This document shows, piece by piece, positions 23,009-32,072 of a stretch of DNA of 64,000 bases. Source of the stretch: Shigella phage pSb-1; sequence record KF620435. One strand, written 5' to 3'. Every line of letters begins with the position of its first letter. The stretch's first letter is position 1. The notes under the pieces were generated by a model that worked only from the letters and a program-made list of their open reading frames with translations, was not told the origin of the DNA and did not search any database. The position numbers and the translations under genes are program-made.

Positions 23009-23332
23009 ATGCACTTCTACTCATTAGTTGCTCTAAGTACAAGTTGCTATCGCAGTAAAGTAACTAAACGGGATTGTTTAAATGGTAAACTGGATGGAAC
23101 TACTATTTTATATGAACCAAGTGAAGAAGCCGATGAGTTCATAGGTACTTGTCTAATGTTAGGCATACCCATCACTTTCACTAAGATAGATACATCAATT
23201 GAGATATCTGAGTTTGCAAGGGTATACATCTTATCAACTGCTGAACCTATGGTAGTAACTACCTTAACTGGTAGACTTATTACCCTCTATCCTTCTACCT
23301 CATATTTATCTAGCGACGAGTGTGCCCTATGA
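23009..23332 (+). CDS. early protein, paralog family member 4
   Basis: Motif LYEPSEEADEFIGTCLMLG. Confidence 0.4.
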   Translation: MHFYSLVALSTSCYRSKVTKRDCLNGKLDGTTILYEPSEEADEFIGTCLMLGIPITFTKIDTSIEISEFARVYILSTAEPMVVTTLTGRLITLYPSTSYLSSDECAL

Positions 23333-23667
23333 ATAGAGTACTATACCCCCATCAATATAAGGATGAAGTCTCTGTTTACTCCGAGAATGTCAATAAAGCT
23401 ATTGATTGGTTACTCCCACAAGACTGTCATATGCTTATGCTACCTGGTGAGTTAGCAGATAGTACCCGTGGTTCCATCCTTCTTCTCAATAGTCCAGCTA
23501 AGTTAACCATCATTAACCCAGGGGAATCCATAAAGATACCTGCTGGTGAATCTGCATTCTTGTTCTTTGAACCAAGGATAGAAGAAGGGTTCGATGGGCT
23601 TACTATGGATAGTAGACCCAATAAAGATTTTAAAAGAGTAAGGATTATATCTCATGAAACTTACTAA
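23320..23667 (+). CDS. early protein, paralog family member 5
   Basis: Motif LPGELADSTRGSILLLN. Confidence 0.4.
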   Translation: MCPMNRVLYPHQYKDEVSVYSENVNKAIDWLLPQDCHMLMLPGELADSTRGSILLLNSPAKLTIINPGESIKIPAGESAFLFFEPRIEEGFDGLTMDSRPNKDFKRVRIISHETY

Positions 23668-23980
23668 GATAGGTTATGCTGGTGGTCCTAATCCCACCAG
23701 ACACACAACCTTACAAAACCTTCTTGGAAGGCTCACTCCTATTATCCTTGTACCGGATGAGCAAACACTTCACGAAGTTAAGGGGTTAGCTCTAATATTA
23801 GGCAAAAAGGTTATTGTAAAAGTACAAGAACCAGGAAAAGAATTACCATGGCCTTCCTCCTTATACTCCCCGTGGCATGTGAATACGGATAAGTACACTC
23901 TTACCTTCACCACTAGTGATACTTTCCAATCACCACATTTGGTATATGCTCCCTCCTATTTAACTACTTATAAGGATTAA
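23654..23980 (+). CDS. early protein, paralog family member 6
   Basis: Motif LVPDEQTLHEVKGLALILGK. Confidence 0.45.
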   Translation: MKLTKIGYAGGPNPTRHTTLQNLLGRLTPIILVPDEQTLHEVKGLALILGKKVIVKVQEPGKELPWPSSLYSPWHVNTDKYTLTFTTSDTFQSPHLVYAPSYLTTYKD

Positions 23981-23981
23981 C

Positions 23982-24116
23982 ATGTGGTATGTAATAGTTA
24001 AGGGCTTACCTGAACCAGTGATAGTACACAGCCTGGCTTTCGTAGAAGTGGGTAGACCATTACTTGTAAATGGTAAGCTGTATGAGGTTTTAAGTATCAA
24101 ACGCTATGATGAATAA
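23982..24116 (+). CDS. small hypothetical protein (44 aa)
   Basis: ATG with AAGGA RBS; followed by hairpin and T-run. Confidence 0.25.
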   Translation: MWYVIVKGLPEPVIVHSLAFVEVGRPLLVNGKLYEVLSIKRYDE

Positions 24117-24342
24117 GAGATAAATAGGAGGTAGATAGATACCTCCTCATAATATTTTTGCATGTCAAAATTGTGATAGCTATGTATGGCTACAGTGGTG
24201 TGGCTGGGGCTACACCCTTACACTCAACCATCCCCCCCGGTATGTTGACGGTGTAGCCACTACCCTACCCCACCTTACACGTTACACATGCTCCGCATGT
24301 TATGGACATGTTGTCCTATCATCAACTATTGGAGCTATCATC

Positions 24343-24510
24343 ATGACTACTCAAGCTACTGTACGTATGACCGCAGGAACTTTACTTGGTACTGTTAACT
24401 CAGCTGCTACTACTGTTGCAGATACATTCGGTACAGCAACTAAAGCAGTAGGTATGCTTAATTCATATGTAAGTACTATGCAGAGAAACAAGCCATTCGT
24501 ACTAAATTAG
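24343..24510 (+). CDS. small Ala/Thr-rich protein (55 aa), below the track size cutoff
   Basis: ATG 24343 with GGAG RBS; frame checked codon by codon to TAG 24508..24510. Confidence 0.3.
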   Translation: MTTQATVRMTAGTLLGTVNSAATTVADTFGTATKAVGMLNSYVSTMQRNKPFVLN

Positions 24511-24672
24511 AAATGCATACATTCGTTAATAAACTGGCAGAGGAAACAGCTATGACTGAGACTCTGCGTAAGAAAAGTATTGAGGAATTCTGCAAGGATT
24601 CAGAAAACGCTCGTATCTATAACGCAGAATATTCCAAAGTAATTGACATCCTGACTAAAGACTAAGTCACCT

Positions 24673-24699
24673 AGGAGACTCTTCGGAGTCTCCTGTTTT
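24673..24699 (+). terminator. rho-independent terminator
   Basis: AGGAGACTC-TTCG-GAGTCTCCT followed by GTTTT. Confidence 0.6.
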
Positions 24700-24953
24700 G
24701 AACATTAGATAGTTCAACTATTCCGCATAAAAAGTTAAAAGAGATTCCTACTATGAGCAAACTAGAAAACGCATTTATCTTAACTGTTTGTGTACTTGCA
24801 TTGGTTACTTTGGTTTCCGTTCACATTGGAAAACCTCTGGTAAACACTGACTATGGTAATGGTCAAAAAGTAAAATCCATCCTGCTATCAGATAAGTAAA
24901 AACTAAGCTGTTCCACAGCTTACGGATACATTTCAACCAATTAGGAGACATCC

Positions 24954-25169
24954 ATGAACGTAGAGAATATCCGTATGATTGAGGATTGCTTTAGCAATAA
25001 ACCTGTAGACCTAAGCAATGCAAAAAGGTCTACAGATAAAGAGTATGGAGAGTTTCTATCATTACTCGATGAATACCGTATGCAAGGACATGTTGAATTA
25101 CATGCCTATCTGCATAACTCAGGCTACTTCATGGATAAACTGGAAACTGAAACAGGCTGTCCATTCTGA
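24954..25169 (+). CDS. hypothetical early protein (71 aa)
   Basis: ORF with upstream AGGAGA. Confidence 0.35.
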   Translation: MNVENIRMIEDCFSNKPVDLSNAKRSTDKEYGEFLSLLDEYRMQGHVELHAYLHNSGYFMDKLETETGCPF

Positions 25170-25297
25170 AAACCAAGACGCTCCGCGTCTTATGGATGAT
25201 GTAAATGCATCCACTAATCATTGAACTTTTATCCTTTTGTTTGGGTGTTCTCACCGACGAGTTCACCCGTAAATCACATAAATCTGGAGAGTACAAA

Positions 25298-25677
25298 ATG
25301 TCTATTCAAAAATTCACTTTCGGTCAATCTAACGCTGCTGCTACCACTGCTAAAGCTGACAAACCAAAAGCTCAGTTCTGGCTGAACATTGGTTATGTAG
25401 CTAATGAAGCTCTGATGATGAGAAATTCATCTCTCTGCCTACTGGTATTCCACTGGATACTCAGGAACCACTGCCTACTAATAGCAGCAATGCTGACTTC
25501 CGTGCTATGCGTTGTGCACAGAATGACTTGCTGGAACAGTTAATCGCATATGCTCAGAACCTGGAACCAGGTGAAGAAGGTATCATTAACCTGCAAGTTC
25601 AACTTCGTCGTGTGAAAGCAGAGGCTGCTGACATCCCAGCAGACGAGAATAAATATGCTCGTAAACTGACTTTCTAA
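25298..25677 (+). CDS. hypothetical early protein (~125 aa), frameshifted near 25410
   Basis: ATG 25298 with GGAGAG RBS; N-terminal frame then continues in the -1 frame to TAA 25675..25677; TT-to-T loss at ~25411 explains it. Confidence 0.4.
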
Positions 25678-25686
25678 TCAACCACT

Positions 25687-25716
25687 AGACTCCCTTCGGG
25701 GAGTCTTTTATTTTTA
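25687..25716 (+). terminator. rho-independent terminator
   Basis: AGACTCCC-TTCG-GGGAGTCT followed by TTTATTTTT. Confidence 0.6.
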
Positions 25717-25820
25717 ACTAGACGATAAGCTATTTCTACTTTTTGAGTATCTTTAGACGAAGGGTACTGAAACAGTAACCAGATAGATATAGATTTATAT
25801 TAGATGAAGGAGTAACCATT

Positions 25821-26006
25821 ATGCGTATAGTATGTAACCGATATAATCCAACTAGTCTGATTGAGTTCATGGAACCAATTGGTAGTCGTATTAACTACGA
25901 TAAACGATGGCAAGTAACATTAGTGGATAAACGTGAACGTCATTATGACCACTTCTTTGTAGCTAAACCTACTCGTAAACAAATCCGTAAACTTCACAAA
26001 GGATAA
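25821..26006 (+). CDS. hypothetical early protein (61 aa)
   Basis: ORF with GAAGGAG RBS. Confidence 0.3.
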   Translation: MRIVCNRYNPTSLIEFMEPIGSRINYDKRWQVTLVDKRERHYDHFFVAKPTRKQIRKLHKG

Positions 26007-26010
26007 TGCT

Positions 26011-26163
26011 ATGAAGCTACTAGCAGAGACTCTATGTATTCTATTAATGATACTGCTGGTAGCTGCATTTCCGTGGCTATTAGCCGTAGGCGTAATTATT
26101 GGTATGTTCATAGCCGGAGCGAGTGATGCTCGTGGAAGAGATGAACCAGGTGGAGAAGTGTAA
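26011..26163 (+). CDS. small membrane protein (50 aa), below track cutoff
   Basis: Hydrophobic LCILLMILLVAAFPWLLAVGVIIGMFIAG; read by eye. Confidence 0.3.
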   Translation: MKLLAETLCILLMILLVAAFPWLLAVGVIIGMFIAGASDARGRDEPGGEV

Positions 26164-26511
26164 ACACTGCTGTCACATGTCTCACTGTCAGAAGAGTGTG
26201 TACGGAGGAACCAGTGATATTCACTAACATAGAAGATGCCATTGAAGAATGTATCTTTCGTAGGTATCACACTGGTGTACAGAAACGGCACTATGGTGTT
26301 GTGCAACTCAATGGCTATCAAATGGTTGTAAGAATTGTACGTAACAGTAAACCTTTTAACTTTATGTGGAGTACTAAATCATGCGTAAGTCATTAATCAT
26401 GGGAACCAAAGCTGACGTACAAAAGATGAAAGAGCGTCTGGCTGCTAAGCAAAAGACATCTGAACCAGTACGTAAGATTGTTACCTTCAATCATCCATGT
26501 ATCAAATAACT

Positions 26512-26548
26512 AGGAGTCCTCCATTAGGGGGACTTCTATTTTTTATTC
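26512..26548 (+). terminator. hairpin plus T-run terminator candidate
   Basis: AGTCC...GGACT stem followed by TCTATTTTTTATT. Confidence 0.45.
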
Positions 26549-26587
26549 TTGAATAGTTAGATATGTATTTAAATAGGAGAAATAATC

Positions 26588-26902
26588 TTGAATGAAATTA
26601 TTTGTATACTTCCACATTCAGCTAAGATAGCTGACCGGAATATACGTATCCACTTACCATTCCCTTTAAGCAATCCATTCACTCGTAATGAAAGAACCAC
26701 AGTAGAGGATGTAGAGGTAGCTTATGAAGCTTACCTTCGTAATCGTCTTATTAATGGTGACAAGTTAATTACAGCAGAGATGGAAAGGATTGCTTCCTTT
26801 GTAACAGATAGTACAGGTAAGCCTGTTGGCTTAATTGGTACTGAATCTGATGTTAACGTTATTCGTAAAATACTAATGGAGGCACTAGGTGAACAATCTT
26901 AG
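26588..26902 (+). CDS. hypothetical early protein (104 aa)
   Basis: ORF preceded by AGGAGA. Confidence 0.35.
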   Translation: MNEIICILPHSAKIADRNIRIHLPFPLSNPFTRNERTTVEDVEVAYEAYLRNRLINGDKLITAEMERIASFVTDSTGKPVGLIGTESDVNVIRKILMEALGEQS

Positions 26903-27135
26903 TGATGTCATCGTAGATAAAACAATATTAGTAAATCCCAAAGGGTATGCCTGGTTCATGCTAAAGCATACCCGTAAGGTATATGTTAGATAGGTATATA
27001 TACGTAATTTTAGTAAGTTATCCTACAGAGAAGTACGTATTAATAATGAGATGTACTTTCTGGATGAGTCAGTGATTATCAAATCAACTGAAGACAGAAA
27101 GGCTCCTTACTTTAACTATTACGGATTCAACTAAA

Positions 27136-27357
27136 ATGATGTACTCAACTGATTATGGTCTTTGCCCTGTATGCAACAAACGTAGAGGAGTTGCCAATCA
27201 TAAACGTTGCAGTCGTATCCTACAAAAACGACGGAACCATGAAGAATGGGATAAGATATTGGAAAACCAACACAAAGATGAGTTCAAGCAGATGGCTGTT
27301 AAGGCATCTACTCAGCTCATTCGTCGTACTAACTTCATAGAAGGTTATCAGAAATGA
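27136..27357 (+). CDS. small Cys-containing basic protein (73 aa), possible zinc-ribbon
   Basis: CPVCNKRRG ... HKRCS motif. Confidence 0.3.
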   Translation: MMYSTDYGLCPVCNKRRGVANHKRCSRILQKRRNHEEWDKILENQHKDEFKQMAVKASTQLIRRTNFIEGYQK

Positions 27358-27710
27358 AGCTAATCGTAGCTGGTGGGAGAGACTTCGTAAATACCCAAGT
27401 AATGATTACAGTATTAATGGATTTAGTGGAGAAGGGTAAGATTGACCCTAATCCAGAATTAGTATGTGGTATGGCTCGTGGAGCAGATATGCTTGCATAT
27501 AGCCTATGGGCTAATAACAAAATGACTATTCATAATTTCCCAGCAAACTGGGATAAATATGGAAAATCTGCTGGTTATAGACGTAATCAGGAAATGGGTG
27601 AATTTGCAGACGCTGCTGTATGCTTCTGGGATGGTAATTCCAAAGGAACCAAGCACATGATTGATATCATGAATAGGCTTAATAAACCTGTATACGTTGT
27701 GAGGTATTAG
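27354..27710 (+). CDS. SLOG/DUF2493-like Rossmann protein
   Basis: N-terminal KLIVAGGRDF and overall ~120 aa pattern typical of phage DUF2493 proteins. Confidence 0.45.
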   Translation: MKLIVAGGRDFVNTQVMITVLMDLVEKGKIDPNPELVCGMARGADMLAYSLWANNKMTIHNFPANWDKYGKSAGYRRNQEMGEFADAAVCFWDGNSKGTKHMIDIMNRLNKPVYVVRY

Positions 27711-27965
27711 ATGATTATTACATATCCTACAGGCAAGAACGTGGAATATATGGGACATACTATCCAAGTGCCTCACTGGGTTAAGTATGTAGCACTATTA
27801 CCACGACAGTATAAGAGTGCTAATACCTCACTAATAGGATTCTCTAAGAAGCCTAAGCTAACAGAAAACAATATCTGGGTATCCTCTGGGAGACAAGAAG
27901 AGATTGGTTTCTGTGATTTAAGTATTGTAGATAATAACATCTATGGGACATTGAAAAAGGTATGA
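27711..27965 (+). CDS. hypothetical protein (84 aa)
   Basis: ORF with overlapping start/stop. Confidence 0.3.
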   Translation: MIITYPTGKNVEYMGHTIQVPHWVKYVALLPRQYKSANTSLIGFSKKPKLTENNIWVSSGRQEEIGFCDLSIVDNNIYGTLKKV

Positions 27966-28276
27966 AAACTATTCTAGTAGTTCATGATTCTACATTTACT
28001 GATGTAGATAAGATGATGCGTAATATTGATTATGTATCTCAGACAAGCCAAGCATTCAATGAAGAGTTTACTCTTTACTGTAATGCTGAATCTCCACTGG
28101 TTCCTATCCTTAAGGATTCAGGGCTACCATTCTCTACAGAGAACTTCCCAGAAGAACCGGACTATGTAATTTCATTTATCTATGACTTACATGATGGTTC
28201 TGAAACTAGTGAACTAGCTATGAACCAGTGGCGTAGTAAACGTCCTGTGTTTGCATTTCAGGTACTTAAACCATGA
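27962..28276 (+). CDS. hypothetical protein (104 aa)
   Basis: ORF with overlapping start/stop. Confidence 0.3.
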   Translation: MKTILVVHDSTFTDVDKMMRNIDYVSQTSQAFNEEFTLYCNAESPLVPILKDSGLPFSTENFPEEPDYVISFIYDLHDGSETSELAMNQWRSKRPVFAFQVLKP

Positions 28277-28653
28277 AGATTATGTCATTAGGTAACGACA
28301 CCAATGCTTTACTAGGTGTATCTGCACGTCCAATCATCATTGTTAATAAACATCATGGTAAATCAGGTGAGTATATTGGACGTGGTTCACCATTAGGCAA
28401 TCCATTTGTCATTGGTAAACATGGAACCAGAGAGCAAGTAATTGCTAAGTATAAAGTCTGGTTACAAGATCAGATTGATAAAGGTAATCCAGTTGTACTG
28501 GATGAACTTAATCGTCTGGGTAATAAAGCCATTGACGAGAAAGGGTTAGCCTTACAGTGCTTCTGTTATCCGAAACCATGCCATGGTGAGGTTATTAAAG
28601 AGAAGCTAGTAAAGGCTATGTATAACTACTTTGTAGAAAATCCAAAAGGATAA
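28273..28653 (+). CDS. DUF4326-like protein
   Basis: Motifs GRGSPLGNPF and CFCYPKPCHG. Confidence 0.45.
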   Translation: MKIMSLGNDTNALLGVSARPIIIVNKHHGKSGEYIGRGSPLGNPFVIGKHGTREQVIAKYKVWLQDQIDKGNPVVLDELNRLGNKAIDEKGLALQCFCYPKPCHGEVIKEKLVKAMYNYFVENPKG

Positions 28654-28656
28654 TTC

Positions 28657-29007
28657 ATGAAAGAAATCTTAGTATTCACTACCAATGTACTTGGGCAGCA
28701 TACCAATACTGCTGCCAAACTGGCATATAAGAAGCATGGTGCTCGCTGGGGTATGGCCTATGGTCATTACGGTAATAGCTTTGCCATTCCAGTAAGGGAT
28801 GGCAGTGGTAACCGAATTAAAGAAGGTGCTATCTATGGCTTCGTTGAAGGCTTTATTTCCTATGCATCTACTAATCCACAGTGGGATTTCAAAGTAATGG
28901 AAGATGCCCTTCTGGACCCATACCTGTTCAATAATGTCACTGGCAATGTGCTATTGCCAGAAGCATGGCGTAAATACTTAGGGGATGCTTACAATTATTG
29001 GAGTTAA
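28657..29007 (+). CDS. Rossmann-like protein of unknown function (116 aa)
   Basis: Gly-rich motif FTTNVLGQHTNTAAKLAYKKHGARWGMAYGHYGNSFAIP; family not resolved by eye. Confidence 0.3.
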   Translation: MKEILVFTTNVLGQHTNTAAKLAYKKHGARWGMAYGHYGNSFAIPVRDGSGNRIKEGAIYGFVEGFISYASTNPQWDFKVMEDALLDPYLFNNVTGNVLLPEAWRKYLGDAYNYWS

Positions 29008-29055
29008 AGCTGCTCCGCAGCTTTTGGTTATTAATCACATTTAGGAGAATAAGCG

Positions 29056-29871
29056 ATGTACTCATCTATTGAACATCAGAAGCAACTCGAAAAACTATTC
29101 AATAAAAATCAGCTCTTGCCTCGCATGAGGAAGGAATTCGAGGACTCCGAAGAAATTGACTTTAAGGCATTCGCTGCCTATTTAGAAATTGATTATAAGC
29201 TGCTCATTGATGCAATGGTGCAGATTGCCTTACATAAACGTGCCAACATCCAAACTATGATTGGCTCCCTCATGAGTCACTCAGATGATGCTCAGTACAT
29301 CGCTGATTGTCTGTATAAGATGGCAGAGAATGACTGCTTCAACTATGACCCTACCATCGACATGTTCGGTGTTATCTATGAGATTAGTGAAGATGTTCAG
29401 ATGGAATTGGAAGCATTCCAGTACCCATTGCCCATCGTAAGTGCTCCTAAGCCTGTTAAGTGTAACCGTGATACTGGTTACTACGAAAGCAGGGGCAGCA
29501 TCATCCTCAAGAAGAACCATCATGAGATGGATGTCTGTCTTGACCACATCAACCGCATGAATAACCAACGTCTCTGCATTAACTGGGACGTTGCTAACTA
29601 TGTAAAAGACTCCCGTCCTAACATGGATAAACCTAAAGAAGGTGAAACTCGTCAGGACTATGAGAAACGTGTTAAAGCCTTTGAGAAGTACAGCCGTACT
29701 GCTAAGGAAGTAATGGAGTTAGTGACCAAAGAAGGTAATAACTTCTCCTTGGCTCACAAATACGATAAACGTGGGCGTACATATGCCTGTGGTTACCACA
29801 TAAATTATGCAGGTACTTCATGGAATAAGGCAGTGGTAGAATTCGCACAAAAAGAACTCGTGGAGGACTAA
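29056..29871 (+). CDS. phage RNA polymerase II, small subunit (N-terminal part of a split T7-like single-subunit RNAP)
   Basis: C-terminal KRGRTYACGYHINYAG aligns with T7 RNAP WRGRVYAVSMFNPQG; N4 splits its RNAP II the same way. Confidence 0.6.
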   Translation: MYSSIEHQKQLEKLFNKNQLLPRMRKEFEDSEEIDFKAFAAYLEIDYKLLIDAMVQIALHKRANIQTMIGSLMSHSDDAQYIADCLYKMAENDCFNYDPTIDMFGVIYEISEDVQMELEAFQYPLPIVSAPKPVKCNRDTGYYESRGSIILKKNHHEMDVCLDHINRMNNQRLCINWDVANYVKDSRPNMDKPKEGETRQDYEKRVKAFEKYSRTAKEVMELVTKEGNNFSLAHKYDKRGRTYACGYHINYAGTSWNKAVVEFAQKELVED

Positions 29872-30485
29872 TGAAAATCTGCAAGGACTGTGGGGAAACA
29901 AAAGACCTCACAGAGTTCGTACCAAAATCATCTTGCAAAGACGGTTATGAGGTACGGTGTCGTAAATGTCGAGCCTTAAGGTATAACAAAGCTGACCCAG
30001 TATGTATGTTCAGGAAGACCTATCTAACTCAACTAACTCACTCTATAAAAAGAGGACACCCACCACCCAGCTATTCACTAGAGGATTTCTATGAATGGTT
30101 GGATAAGCAACCAAATATCCATCAACTATGGGATGATTATGTGGCGAGTAACTATGCAAAAGACTACAAACCATCCGTAGACCGTATTAATGACCACAAA
30201 CCATATACTCTAGATAACATTCAGCTAATGTCCTGGAAAGAGAATAGAGATAAAGGAGCACGTAGCAAGAAAGAAGGTAACATTGCCACTGCACAACCCG
30301 TTATCGCCTATCATCTAGATGGTACATTCTATAAAGAATTTGCTACTACAGCAGAAGCTGCACGTCATGTAAGTGGTAGAACGTGGGGTATTATAACAGT
30401 AGCCAATGGCATCCCTGTGAAAGATGGTAGAGGTCATATTTATAACCCCAAAACGTACAAAGGCTTTAAGTGGGCCTGGAAATAA
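29871..30485 (+). CDS. HNH homing endonuclease with C-terminal NUMOD-like DNA-binding motif
   Basis: Cys pairs at N-terminus, HNH-type DRINDHKPYTLDNIQLMSWKEN, then QPVIAYHLDGTFYKEFATTAEAARHVSG. Confidence 0.65.
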   Translation: MKICKDCGETKDLTEFVPKSSCKDGYEVRCRKCRALRYNKADPVCMFRKTYLTQLTHSIKRGHPPPSYSLEDFYEWLDKQPNIHQLWDDYVASNYAKDYKPSVDRINDHKPYTLDNIQLMSWKENRDKGARSKKEGNIATAQPVIAYHLDGTFYKEFATTAEAARHVSGRTWGIITVANGIPVKDGRGHIYNPKTYKGFKWAWK

Positions 30486-30541
30486 TCATCCAATAAGCAG
30501 GCTCTCCATAGTGGGGAGCCAAGAAGCAAAAGGAACATAAA

Positions 30542-31758
30542 ATGCAACTGTTAACCGCTCGTGAATACCTGAAAGTAGATATTGCTAATAACTATGGCTT
30601 AGATAAAAAGACATGGGATGAACGTATTAGCTGGTTCGATGAGAATGAAGCTAACCTGCTTAATCTGGTAGATGAAGCTGAAGATTCTGCTCTGTTCTTT
30701 GCTGGTGTAAATGCATGGAAAGATATGAAAGCCGGTAAGCCTATTGGTTATGCTGTAGCTCTGGATGCTACATCATCTGGCTTACAGTTACTGGCCTGCC
30801 TGACTGGTGACCGTTCTGCTGCTGAACTGTGTAACGTAGTTAACTACATGGGAGAGAATGGTAAGCCATTACGTCGTGATGCTTATACAGTCATCTACCA
30901 CAAGATGCTGGACATCCTTGGTGAAGCATCTCGTATTAAACGTAGTGACACTAAGCAGGCAGTTATGACTGCATTCTACGGTTCAGAAGCCAAGCCTAAA
31001 GAAGTATTCGGTGAAGGTATTCGTCTCAAGACTTTTGAAAATGTAATGGAAACTGTTGCTAGTGGTCCTTGGGCACTGAACAAGTTCTTACTGCAATGTG
31101 GTAACCCGGATGCTAACCGTTACATATGGGTACTGCCTGACAACTTCCACGCTGTCATTAAGGTCATGGTTCCAGAAGTACAAACTGTTAACTTCTTAGG
31201 TAAGCCATTCGACATCACTCGTATGGTTCAGGGCACTGAAGAGAAGACTCGTATGCTCTCTGCTAACATCACCCACTCTATTGATGGATGGTGGTACGTG
31301 AGATGCTGCGTCGTTGTAACTTCGACCGTGACTTAGTGGAAGCTGTGCGAGAACTCTGCGATGAAGGTCCATCAGAATATGGGGAAATTGCAGGTAATCT
31401 GGAGAAGGTACAGGAGTTATGGAGCCATTATGAGAAATCTGGCTTCTTATCCTTATCAATCCTGGATTATCTTGACCCATGTACTATTGCTTATGTAGAT
31501 CGTCAGGTAGTAGCAGATATGATTGACACTATGCCTAAGAAACCATTCCCTGTAATGACTGTACACGACTGCTTCCGTTGCCATCCTAACTACGGTAATG
31601 ACCTGCGTCGTCAGTACAATCAGATTCTGTCTGACATTGCTAAGAGTGACCTACTGGGCTTCATCCTGTCTCAGGTACTGGGACAAGAGTTCTCTGCTGG
31701 TAAGCTGGATGACAGCCTCTGGCAGGACATCCTTGAAACAGACTATGCATTAAGTTAA
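30542..31758 (+). CDS. phage RNA polymerase II, large subunit (T7-like palm/fingers), frameshifted (fragments 30542..31336 and 31288..31758)
   Basis: ALDATSSGLQ (motif A), RSDTKQAVMTAFYGS (motif B), VMTVHDCF (motif C); frame change after HSIDG near 31286..31290. Confidence 0.7.
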
Positions 31759-31764
31759 TAAACT

Positions 31765-31799
31765 AGCCTCACTCCCGAAGGAGTGAGGCTTATTTTTTG
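31765..31799 (+). terminator. rho-independent terminator
   Basis: 11-bp stem AGCCTCACTCC-CGAA-GGAGTGAGGCT followed by TATTTTTTG. Confidence 0.65.
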
Positions 31800-31815
31800 C
31801 TTGGAGGTAACAACT

Positions 31816-31998
31816 ATGCTAATCCCTTTTGAAGTAATCTTTCAGCTAATACTGATAGTTTTATCTGTACTAGTTCTGTCTACAATAGTTCATGCCCACA
31901 AAACTAAGTTTGCTTATTACTACTATGGAGCATACTCACTAGGCTGCTTTGCAATGGCAGGATGGCTAGCTTTTGCTATCTACTGTGTAAACAACTAA
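31816..31998 (+). CDS. small membrane protein (60 aa)
   Basis: ATG 31816 with GGAGGT RBS; two hydrophobic segments. Confidence 0.35.
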   Translation: MLIPFEVIFQLILIVLSVLVLSTIVHAHKTKFAYYYYGAYSLGCFAMAGWLAFAIYCVNN

Positions 31999-32028
31999 CC
32001 CTCCTTTTGGAGGGTTTTTATTTTTATT
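31998..32028 (+). terminator. rho-independent terminator
   Basis: ACCCTCC-TTTT-GGAGGGT followed by TTTTATTTTTATT. Confidence 0.6.
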
Positions 32029-32072
32029 CATCATGTATACTAATCCTGCTATTTACTTATGAGGAAATTGAT

